Below the pieces are notes generated by a model. That model saw only the letters and a program-made list of their open reading frames with translations, was not told the DNA's origin and did not search any database. Both the position numbers and the translations under genes were made by a program. From an uncultured Chloroflexia bacterium (GTDB taxonomy: Bacteria; Chloroflexota; Dehalococcoidia; UBA2979), in the NCBI GenBank assembly GCA_963728205.1, contig CAVSIV010000006.1, positions 1,248,001 through 1,312,000 on the forward strand: a stretch of 64,000 nt of DNA, read 5' to 3'. Positions 25,259 to 37,585 of the stretch are shown here, piece after piece (the stretch's first letter is position 1; each line of letters opens with the position of its first letter).

Positions 25259-25974
25259 CGACGAAGACCTACCGGCTGCGGGCGAAGGACATCGACCGCT
25301 CCTGGCACGTGATCGACGCCGGCGGCCGGCCGCTCGGGCGTGTCGCGAGCGAGGTCGCGCAGCTGCTGCTCGGCAAGCACAAGCCGACGTTCGAGCCGCA
25401 TCTGCCGATGGGCGATCACGTGATCATCGTGAACGCGAAAGACGTCGTGCTGACGGGGCGGAAGGCCGAGCAGAAGGTCTACCGCCGGCACAGTGGCTAC
25501 CCCGGCGCGCTGCGGTCGCGCTCATTCGAGGAGCAGATGCAGCGCGACCCGCGTCGCGTGCTCGAGAAGGCCGTGCAGGGGATGCTCCCGCACAACGCGC
25601 ACGGCCGCGAGCTGTATCGCCACCTGAAGGTCTACGCCGGTGGCGAGCACCCGCACGACGCGCAGCTGCGCGCCGGCACGGGCGAGCGCGCCCGCAAGCG
25701 CGAGGCGCGCGAGGAGCGCGAGCGCACGGAACGCGCGAGCGCCCCCCGCCGCGAGCGCCCCGCGGCCGAGCCGACGCCGGCCGCCGCGGCAGCGGCGCAG
25801 GCCGGTGCGAGCGCGCAGCGACTCGATGGCACGCTGAGCAAGTACAAGCGCGCCGAACTGGACGCGGAGGCGGAGCGCCTCGGCATTGCGGTCGAGAGCG
25901 GCTGGAACAAGCCAGAGGTCGTGGACGCCATCCAGGCGTACTACGATGAGCACCCGGTCGAGGGCGAGGCATAG
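25255..25974 (+). CDS. rplM: 50S ribosomal protein L13 with ~95-aa C-terminal extension (Rho_N/HeH-like module)
   Basis: WHVIDA, LGRVAS, HSGYPG, LKVYAGGEHPHDAQ, then the extension. Confidence 0.95.
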   Translation: MTTKTYRLRAKDIDRSWHVIDAGGRPLGRVASEVAQLLLGKHKPTFEPHLPMGDHVIIVNAKDVVLTGRKAEQKVYRRHSGYPGALRSRSFEEQMQRDPRRVLEKAVQGMLPHNAHGRELYRHLKVYAGGEHPHDAQLRAGTGERARKREAREERERTERASAPRRERPAAEPTPAAAAAAQAGASAQRLDGTLSKYKRAELDAEAERLGIAVESGWNKPEVVDAIQAYYDEHPVEGEA

Positions 25975-25977
25975 TCG

Positions 25978-26373
25978 ATGACGAGCGAGCACTACTACTA
26001 CGGTCTGGGGCGGCGCAAGTCGTCGGTGGCGCGCGTGCGCCTCTACCCCGGCAACGGCACCGTCGTGATCAACGGGAAGCCCGCCGAGGCGATGATCCCG
26101 CGCGAGTCGCAGCGCCAGGAGATGCTCCGGCCGCTGGCCACGACGGAGACGCTCGCGTCGTTCAACGTGCAGGTGCGCGCCGAGGGCGGTGGCACGTCCG
26201 GCTGGGCCGGCGCCATCCGCCAGGGCATCGCACGCGCGCTCGTGGTGGCCGACGAGGGCTACCGCCGCCCGCTCCGCCAGGAGGGGCTGCTCACGCGCGA
26301 CCCGCGCGTGAAGGAGCGCAAGAAGCCCGGTCTGAAGCGCGCCCGCAAGGCGCCGCAGTTCACGAAGCGCTAA
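25978..26373 (+). CDS. rpsI: 30S ribosomal protein S9
   Basis: [31 protein letters not shown]. Confidence 0.98.
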   Translation: MTSEHYYYGLGRRKSSVARVRLYPGNGTVVINGKPAEAMIPRESQRQEMLRPLATTETLASFNVQVRAEGGGTSGWAGAIRQGIARALVVADEGYRRPLRQEGLLTRDPRVKERKKPGLKRARKAPQFTKR

Positions 26374-26399
26374 CCGGCGGCTCAGTCGCTCGATCGATA

Positions 26400-26431
26400 G
26401 CGGCAGGCCGGGCACACGCCCGGCCTGCTGC
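26400..26431 (+). terminator. Hairpin after rpsI, between convergent genes
   Basis: GCGGCAGGCCGGGC-ACAC-GCCCGGCCTGCTGC; no U tract. Confidence 0.55.
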
Positions 26432-26518
26432 GTGTGTGCGAGTCGGTCGCGATGGCCACGGCGCGGAACGTGCGGGCAGCGGCAAGCGGCGCTCCCCGGG
26501 CGTTCGGGGGCGGATGCG

Positions 26519-27241
26519 CTAGGGCAGCACGTCGTCCGCCACGCGGAGCAGCGCGTCCGCGACGGCGCCCGGGTCGACCAGCATCTGCAGATGGCTGCCG
26601 TCGAGCGCGCGCAGCGGCCAGCCGCGTGCTCGCGCCTGCTCGGCGTCCGCGCCGTAGCCCGCACTGAGCTGGAGATAGCCCGAGGGCACCACGGGCAGCC
26701 CCGCCGGCCACGCGAGACGCTCCTCGAACAGCGCCAGCGGTACGCGCGGCAACTCTGCAACGAACCGCGCTCGCACCGTGGCGTCCGGGAGCACAACGCG
26801 CATCGCGTCCGGGCCGAACCACTCGGACCACGGCGGCAGGGAAGCACCGTCAGACAGCTCGCGGACGAGCGCGGCGAACTCCGGCGGGGCGTTCTCGAGA
26901 AGTGTGCGGTCGCGTGCCGGCCGCGCGGAGTCGACGTAGAGACACGCGGCTGCGTCGCGCGGGAGCGCAGCGCGCACCGCGGGGAGGTACTGGCCGGCCG
27001 CGCTGTGGCCCGCGAGGATGAGCCCCGCGTCGAGCGCGGCTCCGGCTACCGCGTCGGACACCGTGGCGGCGAAGCGCGGTGCATAGGGCGGGTCGCCGGC
27101 GAGCGCCGGGAGCAGCGACGGCACGACGGCCGCGACCTCCCGCCGGCGCAGCTCGGCCGCGACGCTCTCCCAGCTGAGCGGCCCCACCAGGGGGCTGTGG
27201 ATGAGGACGAAGGTCGGCCGCCGCCGAGCGCGTGCCGGCAC
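26519..27241 (-). CDS. Alpha/beta-fold hydrolase
   Basis: FVLIHSPLVGP, AGHSAAG nucleophile elbow, GSHLQM. Confidence 0.8.
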   Translation of the reverse strand: MPARARRRPTFVLIHSPLVGPLSWESVAAELRRREVAAVVPSLLPALAGDPPYAPRFAATVSDAVAGAALDAGLILAGHSAAGQYLPAVRAALPRDAAACLYVDSARPARDRTLLENAPPEFAALVRELSDGASLPPWSEWFGPDAMRVVLPDATVRARFVAELPRVPLALFEERLAWPAGLPVVPSGYLQLSAGYGADAEQARARGWPLRALDGSHLQMLVDPGAVADALLRVADDVLP

Positions 27242-27245
27242 GCAA

Positions 27246-28334
27246 TCAGCCCTCGCCGTGACGCGCCAACGCGGCCTTCAGCCGGTCGATCGGCGCCATC
27301 GCCGAGGGGTCGACGCCGTTGAGCAGCGCGAGGTAGAGCGACATCCAGTCGCCCAGGTAGCAGGCGCGCATGACCGTCTCGAGCATGCCGTCGCCCGGGA
27401 CGTCCACGACGCGCGCCGCCACGGCCTCCGCGCCGAGTGCGTCGGCGGTGAGTCGCGCGCGCAGGCGGTTGCGGGCGTGCACGCCGGCGCCGTCGAGCAC
27501 GACGACGCGGATCAGCGCCACGGCGGCCGCCGGCGCGCCGAAGCCGACGATCAGATTGTGGTTCACCTCTGGCAGCGCCCCGGCGAATGCCCACTGCTCC
27601 GCGTTCTCGCTCACCTGCCCCGCCCAGCGGCGCGCCGCGACCTCGAGCCCGTCGGCGCCGAGCGCCACCGGCAGCCCGCCGTGCAGCCAGCCCGCGATCT
27701 CCTTCGCCGCGTTGCGCTGCACCGGCACGTCCGGTGCCAGCGCTCGAGCGTCGGCGTCCAGGCCCGTGAGCGCGGCCTCCACCGCCGCGGCGTCGACCGC
27801 GACGACGCCGGCACGCGAGAGGATCGCGAGCAGCACGAAGACGCCGTAGCCGAACGCCGTGCGCGGCGAGCCGTCCCAGCGATAGCGGAAGACGCCGGCG
27901 CCGGCCTCCTCGGCGAGACGCGCGAGCGTGCCGCCGGTGGTGATCGCGAGCCGCCGGCACGGCGCGGCGAGCGCCGCGCGGAAGCCGTTGAGCGTCTCCT
28001 CCGTCTCGCCGGAGAACGAGCACGCCACCACCAGCGTCCGCTCGTCGAGTGGCGGCAGCGCGTAGTTCCGGATCAGCTGCACCGGCACCGCCGACCCGGC
28101 GGTAGCCAGCGCCGCGACGACGTCGGCCCCGATCGCGGAGCCGCCCATGCCGAGCACGAGCACGCGCGTCGGTGGCTCGCGCCACGCCGCCGGCAGCGGC
28201 CACGCGGACCCCTCGGCCCACGCGGCGCGCGCCTGCGCCGGGAGGCCGGCGATGCGGTCGCGCATGCCGCCGGGGTCGAGCGCCGCGTAGAGATCGGGCT
28301 GGTCCAGTGCCTGAAGGGCGGCGCGGTCGATCAT
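27246..28334 (-). CDS. Bifunctional phosphoglucose/phosphomannose isomerase (SIS)
   Basis: LGMGGSAIG, SFSGETEET, ENAE, PEVNHN, GVDP..I..LK. Confidence 0.9.
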   Translation of the reverse strand: MIDRAALQALDQPDLYAALDPGGMRDRIAGLPAQARAAWAEGSAWPLPAAWREPPTRVLVLGMGGSAIGADVVAALATAGSAVPVQLIRNYALPPLDERTLVVACSFSGETEETLNGFRAALAAPCRRLAITTGGTLARLAEEAGAGVFRYRWDGSPRTAFGYGVFVLLAILSRAGVVAVDAAAVEAALTGLDADARALAPDVPVQRNAAKEIAGWLHGGLPVALGADGLEVAARRWAGQVSENAEQWAFAGALPEVNHNLIVGFGAPAAAVALIRVVVLDGAGVHARNRLRARLTADALGAEAVAARVVDVPGDGMLETVMRACYLGDWMSLYLALLNGVDPSAMAPIDRLKAALARHGEG

Positions 28335-28384
28335 GCGTGCTCGCTCACCCGCGCGCCGCGCGGCCGGCCGGAGGGCTGGACGTG

Positions 28385-29815
28385 CTAGAGGGTCACCCCG
28401 GCGAGCTCCTGGCCGGCCTGCAACGCCTCGTGGACGTCGTCCAGAGATGGCATCTCCGCGTAGATGCGGAGTAGAGGCTCGGTGCCGGAGAAGCGCAGCA
28501 GCAGCCACCACCCGCCCTCGAGGTTGAAGCGGAAGCCGTCGACCGAGTCGCGCGACTCCACGCGGTGGCCGGCAATCGTCTTCGGCTCCGCCTGGCTGAT
28601 GCGCTCGCGGATCGCGCCCTGCTCGTCGGGCCGCAGCGTGATGTCCACCCGGTCGTACTGGTGCGGGCCGACGATGTCGTAGAGGTCCTTCAGCAGCTGC
28701 GACGGCTTCTTGCCCGTTCGCGCCACCCAATCGAGGAAGAACATGCCGGAGAGCACACCGTCCCGCTCGGGGATGTGGCCGCGGAACGCGAAGCCGCCCG
28801 ACTCCTCGCCGGCGAGCATCGCGTTGGTCTCCATCATCTTCGGGCCGAGGTACTTGAAGCCGACCGGCGTCTCGTAGACGGGGCAGTCGAAGCGCTCGCC
28901 GAGGCGGTCGACCATGCGGGTCATCGTCACTGAGCGCACGATCGGGCCGCGCTCACCGCGCACCTCGAGGAAGTAGTGCACGAGCAGCGCGAACGTCTGC
29001 AACTGCGTGATGAAGCGGCCGCGCTCGTCGATCAGGCCGAAGCGGTCGCCGTCCCCGTCCGTCGCCAGGCCGAGGTCGAAGCCGCCCTGCTGGAGCGTCG
29101 CCATCGCCTCGCCCAGGTTCGTGCCAATCGGCTCGGGCGCGCGGATACCGGGGAACGACGGGTTGCGCACACCGTGGATCTCGCGCACGCGCGTGGAGCC
29201 GTCGCCGACGACGTCGGCGGTCACGCCCTGCGCTGCGCCGTACATCGAGTCGACGAGCACGTTCAGCCCGGCGCCGCGGATCGCCTCCATGTCGACGAAC
29301 TCGCGGATTGCCTTCACGTAGGGCGTGCGGAGGTCGACGCGCTCCACGAGGCCGCGCGCCTCCGCCTCTCCGAGCGCACGGTGCTCGACGCGCTCGCCGG
29401 TCACGACGCCGGGAATGGCCTGCTCGATCTCGGCCGTGACCTCGGGCGGCGCGGAGCCGCCGTAGTGCGGCTTCACCTTGTAGCCGTTCCAGCGCGCGGG
29501 GTTGTGGCTCGCCGTGATCATCACGCCGAAGCCGGCTTCATGCTGGCGCACGGCGAACGAGAGCGCCGGCGTCGGGACGAAGGAGTCGCCGAGCCAGGTG
29601 TGGATGTCGTTGCCGGCCATCACCTCGGCGGCGGCGCCGGCGAAGGAACCGGAGAGGAAGCGCGTGTCGTAGCCGATGACGACGCCGCGCGACGCGAGGT
29701 CGCGGCGCTTGAGGTACTCCGCCACGGCCTGGGAGATGATGCGGACGTTGTCGAACGTGAAGTCATCGGCGATGACCGCGCGCCAGCCGTCGGTCCCGAA
29801 CGTGATGTCGCTCAT
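28385..29815 (-). CDS. Phosphoglucomutase/phosphomannomutase
   Basis: FGTDGWR, ITASHNP, DGDGDR, GEESGG, RFSGTEP. Confidence 0.95.
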   Translation of the reverse strand: MSDITFGTDGWRAVIADDFTFDNVRIISQAVAEYLKRRDLASRGVVIGYDTRFLSGSFAGAAAEVMAGNDIHTWLGDSFVPTPALSFAVRQHEAGFGVMITASHNPARWNGYKVKPHYGGSAPPEVTAEIEQAIPGVVTGERVEHRALGEAEARGLVERVDLRTPYVKAIREFVDMEAIRGAGLNVLVDSMYGAAQGVTADVVGDGSTRVREIHGVRNPSFPGIRAPEPIGTNLGEAMATLQQGGFDLGLATDGDGDRFGLIDERGRFITQLQTFALLVHYFLEVRGERGPIVRSVTMTRMVDRLGERFDCPVYETPVGFKYLGPKMMETNAMLAGEESGGFAFRGHIPERDGVLSGMFFLDWVARTGKKPSQLLKDLYDIVGPHQYDRVDITLRPDEQGAIRERISQAEPKTIAGHRVESRDSVDGFRFNLEGGWWLLLRFSGTEPLLRIYAEMPSLDDVHEALQAGQELAGVTL

Positions 29816-30822
29816 GACGCCGTCACCGCCTCGACGTGCTGGTCGGGGTCGACCGATACGTCGACCGCGCGGGCACCGGACGGGACGACCGCGCCGTGCG
29901 CGAGCACCGCGCGCTCCACGGTCGCGCCGGCGCCGACGCGCACTCCCGTCGCGAGCACGGAGTCGCGCACCACCGCGTCGGCACCGATCTCGACGTCGTC
30001 CCAGAGCAGGCTGCGCGTGACGAGCGCGCCGCGCTCGACCCGCGAGCCGCTCCCGATCACGACCGGCGCCTCGACGCGCGCACCATCGGCGATCCGCACT
30101 CCCGGCCCGAGTGCGGTCGCGTCGTCCACGCGATCGAGGTTCACCATGCGCAGCGCCTCCGGCCTGCCGACGTCGATCCAGTATGCGTCGGAACGGAATC
30201 CACAGAGCCCGCGACCCTGCGTGGCGAGGCGCGGGAAGAGCTCGTCTTCGACGCGGTTGAAGCGCGTCGCGTCCATCTCCGCGAGCACGGACGGCTCAAA
30301 CAGCCACGTGCCGGCGTTGATCAGGTGGGAGGGTGCCGACTCGCGCGGCGGCTTCTCGACGAAGCGCGTGATGCGGTCATCCGGGTCGAGCACCACGACG
30401 CCGAACCCGGACGGATCGTCGACTTCGTGCAGCGAGATCGAGAGCAGCGCGCCGCGTTCGCGGTGCGCGCCGATCATGGCGGTGACGTCGAGATCGGTGA
30501 TGATGTCGCCGTTGCAGACGAGGAACGGCTCGTCCCAGCCCGCGGCGGCCTGCGCGATCGCGCCGCCGGAACCCAGCGGCTGATCCTCGTACGTGTAGGC
30601 GATGCGCAGACCGAGCTGCGCGCCGTCGCCCAGGGCGCCGCGAATCGCCTCGTTGCGATGCAGCATCGCCAGGGTGATGTCGCGCACGCCGTGTGCCGCG
30701 AGGTGTGCGAGGAGGTGCTCCAGCAGCGGCCGGTGGAGCACCGGCATGAGCTGCTTCGGGGTGCGGTAGGAGAGCGGACGCATGCGCGTCGCCTCCCCGC
30801 CGACCAGCACTATTGCACGCAT
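29812..30822 (-). CDS. NDP-sugar pyrophosphorylase (mannose-1-phosphate guanylyltransferase-like)
   Basis: LVGGEATRMRPL..PKQ, CNGDI, FVEKP, C-terminal hexapeptide repeats. Confidence 0.88.
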   Translation of the reverse strand: MRAIVLVGGEATRMRPLSYRTPKQLMPVLHRPLLEHLLAHLAAHGVRDITLAMLHRNEAIRGALGDGAQLGLRIAYTYEDQPLGSGGAIAQAAAGWDEPFLVCNGDIITDLDVTAMIGAHRERGALLSISLHEVDDPSGFGVVVLDPDDRITRFVEKPPRESAPSHLINAGTWLFEPSVLAEMDATRFNRVEDELFPRLATQGRGLCGFRSDAYWIDVGRPEALRMVNLDRVDDATALGPGVRIADGARVEAPVVIGSGSRVERGALVTRSLLWDDVEIGADAVVRDSVLATGVRVGAGATVERAVLAHGAVVPSGARAVDVSVDPDQHVEAVTAS

Positions 30823-30886
30823 TTCGGGATCCTATGCGTGCGCCCGGGCGCCGTCCAAGGACAGCGTTGCCGCCCGCGAGCACCCG

Positions 30887-32125
30887 CTAAGACGCGTGAT
30901 CCGAACGCGCCGGTCCCTCGAGCCCGGCTTCGGCGCGCAGCGCGTCCGCGGCGTCGAGCTCCTCCCACGGCAGGTCGATGTCGGGCCGGCCGAAGTGACC
31001 GTACGACGCCGTCTGGAGGTACATGGGGCGGCGCAGGTCGAAGCGATCGATGATGGCGGCCGGCCGCAGGTCGAAGTGCTTGCGGATCAGCCGCTCGATC
31101 TCCGTCTCCTCGATGTGTGCGGTGCCGAACGTCTCGAGCGCGAGCGACGTGGGCCGCGCGACGCCGATCGCATAGGAGACCTGCAGCTCGAAGCGGTCGG
31201 CGAGCCCCGCCGCGACGACGTTCTTCGCCACGTGGCGCGCCGCGTAGGCCGCCGAGCGGTCGACCTTCGACGGGTCCTTCCCGCTGAACGCGCCGCCGCC
31301 GTGGCGGGCGATGCCGCCGTAGGTGTCGACGATGATCTTGCGGCCGGTGAGACCGGCGTCGCCCATCGGGCCGCCGGTCACGAAGCGGCCGGTGGGGTTC
31401 ACGTAGATCTTGGTGTCCTGCAGCAGCTCCTCGGGGCAGACGTGCCGGATCACGAGCTGCTCGATGTCGCGCTGGAGCACGTCGTCGCTCACCTCGGGCG
31501 CGTGTTGCGCGGAGACCACGACGGCCTCGATGCGCCGCGGCACGCCGTACGCGTACTCGACCGTGACCTGCGACTTCCCATCGGGGCGCAGGTAGGGCAG
31601 CGTGCCGTTCTTGCGCACCTCGGCGAGGCGGCGGGTGAGCGCGTGTGCGAGCGAGATCGTGAGCGGCATGTACTCGTCGGTCTCGTCGGACGCGAAGCCG
31701 ATCATCATGCCCTGGTCGCCGGCGCCCTCGAGGTCGTAGTGATCGACCTCGCCGAGCGCGCGGCGCGCCTCCCATGCGCGGTTCACGCCCTGCGCGATGT
31801 CCGACGACTGCTCCTTGATCGAGGTCAGCACGCCGCAGGTGTCGGCGTCGAAGCCGATCGCGGAGCCCGTGTAGCCGATGGAGCGCACCGTGTCGCGCAC
31901 GATCTTCTCGATGTCCACGTATGCCTTCGTCGTGATCTCGCCGAAGACCAGCACCGTGCCGGTGGTCGTCGAGGTCTCGCAGGCGACGCGGGAGTTCGGG
32001 TCCTGGCGCAGGAGCGCGTCGAGGACGGCGTCCGAGACCTGGTCGCACAGCTTGTCGGGGTGGCCCTCGGTGACCGACTCGCTGGTCAGCATCATCGACG
32101 GCGAGCTCATGAACGAAGTGGTCAT
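30887..32125 (-). CDS. metK: S-adenosylmethionine synthetase
   Basis: [26 protein letters not shown]; GAGGAG RBS before ATG 32125. Confidence 0.98.
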   Translation of the reverse strand: MTTSFMSSPSMMLTSESVTEGHPDKLCDQVSDAVLDALLRQDPNSRVACETSTTTGTVLVFGEITTKAYVDIEKIVRDTVRSIGYTGSAIGFDADTCGVLTSIKEQSSDIAQGVNRAWEARRALGEVDHYDLEGAGDQGMMIGFASDETDEYMPLTISLAHALTRRLAEVRKNGTLPYLRPDGKSQVTVEYAYGVPRRIEAVVVSAQHAPEVSDDVLQRDIEQLVIRHVCPEELLQDTKIYVNPTGRFVTGGPMGDAGLTGRKIIVDTYGGIARHGGGAFSGKDPSKVDRSAAYAARHVAKNVVAAGLADRFELQVSYAIGVARPTSLALETFGTAHIEETEIERLIRKHFDLRPAAIIDRFDLRRPMYLQTASYGHFGRPDIDLPWEELDAADALRAEAGLEGPARSDHAS

Positions 32126-32311
32126 GTGGTGCTCCTCGGCGCGGGCCCGATGTCCGCCGGCCCGGTGCGTCTGCGTGGAAGTATGCCTGCGCTGGGCGGT
32201 GGTGTCCTGTCGTGCGAGCGGAAGGGGCGCCCGGGCTGTGGGCGGCATCCCGCGGGGCGTGGCCGGCGGGGGTGCCGCAGGACCGTTGCCGCCGGCGTCC
32301 GCCGGCTGTGC

Positions 32312-32335
32312 ATCGGCGGCATGTCTGCCGCCGCT
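32312..32335. repeat. REP-like palindrome copy 1
   Basis: ATCGGCGGCATGTCTGCCGCCGCT, near-identical to copies at 41049 and 63456-63504. Confidence 0.65.
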
Positions 32336-32354
32336 GGCGACGGGGTGATCGGGC

Positions 32355-34568
<2,214 letters not shown>

Positions 34569-35453
34569 TCACGCGGGGCCCCAGTAGCGGCGCAGGAGCA
34601 GGTCGAGCCGGCGCCGCGTCGCGGGTGGGACCTGGTCGGGCGGCGTGACGAGCGCAGTCGCCAGGGCGTCGCCGCAGCCGCACGCACGCGGCCGGTCGGC
34701 CAGCGCGCCGAGCGCAGAGGCCACCACGCGCTGGGCGTGCGCGACGTTCGCCTGCAAGTTCACCACGACCGCATCCGCGCTCACATCCGCCTCGGTCTCG
34801 TGCCAGACATCGTAATCGGTGACCAGGCTCAGCGACGCGTAGCAGAGCTCCGCCTCGCGCGCGAGCTTCGCCTCCGGCAGGGCCGTCATGCCGATCACGG
34901 CGGCGCCCCACGAGCGATAGAGGCGCGACTCCGCGCGTGTCGAGAACGCCGGTCCGTCAATCACGATCATCGTCCCGCCCTCGTGCGTCGTGATGCCGGC
35001 GTGCTCGCTCTCCGTCGCGAGCACGCGTGCCACCTCCGGGCAGAACGGATCGGCGAAGCCGACGTGCGCGACGATGCCGTCGCCGAAGAACGTCGAGCGG
35101 CGGCCGCGCGTGCGGTCAATCACCTGGTCGGGCACGACGGCGTGCTGCGGCGCGACGTCCTCGCTCAGCGAGCCGACGGCGGAGATCGAGAGCACCTGGC
35201 GCACGCCGAGCTGCTTGAGGGCGTGGACGTTCGCGAGCGCGGGGAGCTCGGAGGGCAGCAGGCGGTGGCCGCGGTCGTGGCGCGCGACGAACGCGACGCG
35301 GTGACCGTGCAGCGTCCCGAGCGTGATCGGCGACGAAGGCGAGCCGAACGGCGTCGAGACCTCGAGGGTGCGGACGTCGGTGAGGCCGTCGAGGTTGTAG
35401 AACCCCGACCCGCCGATCACGCCGGTCTCGGCCGTCGGTTCGCCCTGATTCAC
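34569..35453 (-). CDS. mtnP: 5'-methylthioadenosine phosphorylase
   Basis: GVIGGSG, TPFGSPS, GPAFSTRAES, GMTALPEAKLARE, VTDYDVW. Confidence 0.95.
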   Translation of the reverse strand: MNQGEPTAETGVIGGSGFYNLDGLTDVRTLEVSTPFGSPSSPITLGTLHGHRVAFVARHDRGHRLLPSELPALANVHALKQLGVRQVLSISAVGSLSEDVAPQHAVVPDQVIDRTRGRRSTFFGDGIVAHVGFADPFCPEVARVLATESEHAGITTHEGGTMIVIDGPAFSTRAESRLYRSWGAAVIGMTALPEAKLAREAELCYASLSLVTDYDVWHETEADVSADAVVVNLQANVAHAQRVVASALGALADRPRACGCGDALATALVTPPDQVPPATRRRLDLLLRRYWGPA

Positions 35454-35512
35454 CGCTCTGCTCCTGCTGTGTCGGGGGGCGGGGAAACCGTATCACCGGG
35501 GGCCGGTACGCG

Positions 35513-35716
35513 ACGCGGCGAGCAGGGCGTGTGAGCCCGCTGTTTTCGGGCGGCGGGCGGTGAGGGGTCGCCCGGCACGAAGGGGGGTCGCGAGCGGGCG
35601 CGAGGGAGGCGCGCGAGACGGGGAGCGGGTGGCGGGTGGGGGGCGGGGCGAGGAGGGAACACCTGCGGGTGGGTTGTCGCCGGAAACAGCGGCCTGACGA
35701 CCCCTGCTCGCCGCGT
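35513..35716. repeat. Imperfect ~41-bp inverted repeat pair flanking a G-rich spacer
   Basis: Arm 35513-35554 versus reverse complement of 35676-35716; the first 15 nt (ACGCGGCGAGCAGGG) are identical. Confidence 0.65.
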
Positions 35717-35786
35717 GGGGTGGGCAGCCGTCTTCGCGTGCGGCGGCGCGCGTGGTTCCCCCCGTCTTTTTCCCCGCCGCCGCTCT

Positions 35787-36833
35787 TTAATCCGGGCCGA
35801 GCACGTCGGCGAGCGCGCGGTCGTATGGCGCCCGCAGCACGCCGGCTTCCGTGACGATCGCGGTGATGAGGGCGGCGGGGGTGACGTCGAAGGCGGGGTT
35901 GCGGGCGCGCGCGCCCGAAGGCGCGACGCGCGTGCCGGCGAGGCCCAGCACTTCGTCCTCCGCACGTTCCTCGATCGGGATCGCGGCGCCGGTGGGGGCG
36001 CGGAGGTCCACGGTGCCGAGGGGAGCGACGACGTAGAACGGGATCGCGTGATGACGTGCGGCGATGGCGAGGCCGTAGGTGCCGATCTTGTTCGCGGTAT
36101 CGCCGTTCGCGGCGATGCGGTCGGCGCCGACGAGGACCGCATCGACCTCGCCGGCGGCCATCAGCGCCGCGGCCGCGCCGTCGGCGATCACCGCGCAGTC
36201 GACGCCGTGCTGCGCGAGCTCCCACGCGGTGAGGCGGGCGCCCTGGAGGCGCGGGCGGGTCTCGTCGACGAGCACCGAGGCGACGCGACCCGCGCGATGC
36301 GCGGCGATCACGACACCGAGCGCGCTCCCGTAGCCGCCGGTCGCGAGCGGTCCCGTGTTGCAGTGCGTGAGGACGCGGCTGCCGGGCGCGATCAGCGCCG
36401 CGCCGGCGTCGGCCGAGCGGCGGTCGACGTCGAAGGCGTGCGCGTGGACGCGCCGTGCCTCGGCCAGGGCGGCGTCGCGCGCGGCCTCGTCGTCGGACGC
36501 GTCGACGCAGGCGGTGGCGACGTGTTCGAGCGCCCAGCGCAGGTTGACGGCGGTCGGGCGGGTCGCGAGCAGGCGCGCAGCGGTGGTCGCGACGGCGGAG
36601 CGCACGCCGCCGCGCGGTGCGGCGCGTGCGGCGAGCGCGAGTCCGTACGCGCCGGCGATGCCGATCGCCGGCGCGCCGCGGATGCGCATCGTCGCGATCG
36701 CCTCGGCCATCGCCTCCGGCGTTGCGATGTCGATCGTGCGCTGCTCCGCGGGGAGGAGGGTCTGGTCGAGGAGGCGGACGCGACCGTCCGCCCAGGCGAT
36801 GACCTCGTACGGAGGACGGTCCGGGGTTGTCAT
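35787..36833 (-). CDS. mtnA: Methylthioribose-1-phosphate isomerase
   Basis: LLDQTLLP, IRGAPAIG, TRPTAVNL, THCNTG, DETRP.LQGARLT, ANKIGTY, NPAFDVTP. Confidence 0.96.
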   Translation of the reverse strand: MTTPDRPPYEVIAWADGRVRLLDQTLLPAEQRTIDIATPEAMAEAIATMRIRGAPAIGIAGAYGLALAARAAPRGGVRSAVATTAARLLATRPTAVNLRWALEHVATACVDASDDEAARDAALAEARRVHAHAFDVDRRSADAGAALIAPGSRVLTHCNTGPLATGGYGSALGVVIAAHRAGRVASVLVDETRPRLQGARLTAWELAQHGVDCAVIADGAAAALMAAGEVDAVLVGADRIAANGDTANKIGTYGLAIAARHHAIPFYVVAPLGTVDLRAPTGAAIPIEERAEDEVLGLAGTRVAPSGARARNPAFDVTPAALITAIVTEAGVLRAPYDRALADVLGPD

Positions 36834-36942
36834 GCCGCCATGGTGGCACGAGCCGGCGTTCTCCGGGCGAGCGGAGGATGCGCTGCTCCTTCGGGCGAGT
36901 GGGGAGCTGCCGTGAGCAGCGGGCGTCACGCCCGCGGCGCGC

Positions 36943-37467
36943 CTAGTACTGCAGCAGCGCGGTGACGGGGTGCGGCGCGAGGCGCACGCGTCCGCCGAGG
37001 TCGGCCAGCTCGATGACGAAGGCGAAGCCGGCGACGGTGCCGCCGAGCTCCTCGACGAGGCGGGCGGCGGCCTGCGCCGTGCCGCCGGTGGCGAGCAGGT
37101 CGTCGACGACGAGCACGCGCTGGTCCGCGACCGACGGATCCCGGTGCAGCTCGAGCGAGCCCTGCCCGTACTCGAGCTCGTAGAAGACCGACGCGCGCAG
37201 CCCCGGCAGCTTGCCCGGCTTGCGGACGGGCACGAACGGCACGCGGAGCCGCTCAGCGACGGGCACGCCGAAGATGAAGCCGCGTGCCTCGACGCCGGCG
37301 ACCACCGTCGCGCCGAGCGCGCGGCCGGCGTCGGCGAGCGCGTCGTTCGTGGCGCGCAGCGCGTCGGGGTCGTGGAGCAGCGGGGTGATGTCGCGAAAGA
37401 GGATGCCCGGCGACGGGAAGTCGGGGATCGCGCGAACCAGCGTGCGCAGGCGGGCTTCGTCGAGCAC
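36943..37467 (-). CDS. apt: Adenine phosphoribosyltransferase
   Basis: IPDFP.PGILFRDITP, EARGF, RKPGKLP, VDDLLATGGT. Confidence 0.96.
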   Translation of the reverse strand: MLDEARLRTLVRAIPDFPSPGILFRDITPLLHDPDALRATNDALADAGRALGATVVAGVEARGFIFGVPVAERLRVPFVPVRKPGKLPGLRASVFYELEYGQGSLELHRDPSVADQRVLVVDDLLATGGTAQAAARLVEELGGTVAGFAFVIELADLGGRVRLAPHPVTALLQY

Positions 37468-37585
37468 GCGCGGATGCTCGCGAGCGGCGGGCAGTGCGTC
37501 AAGCGCGCCCCTGCGCGCGGCGATGAAGGGTGGCGCGGAGTCGCGCGCAGGGAGCGCAACGGGGGGCGGTGCTAGCATCGCGAGC

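Noticed and set aside
32126-32354. Possible SAM or SAH riboswitch upstream of metK
   Set aside because: No SAM-I or SAH consensus core recognised; only a REP-like copy and GC hairpins
35641-35786. Assignment as 6S, SRP or tmRNA
   Set aside because: No SRP GGAA-GCAGC helix, no tmRNA ends and no clear 6S central bubble; kept only as an unassigned structured region
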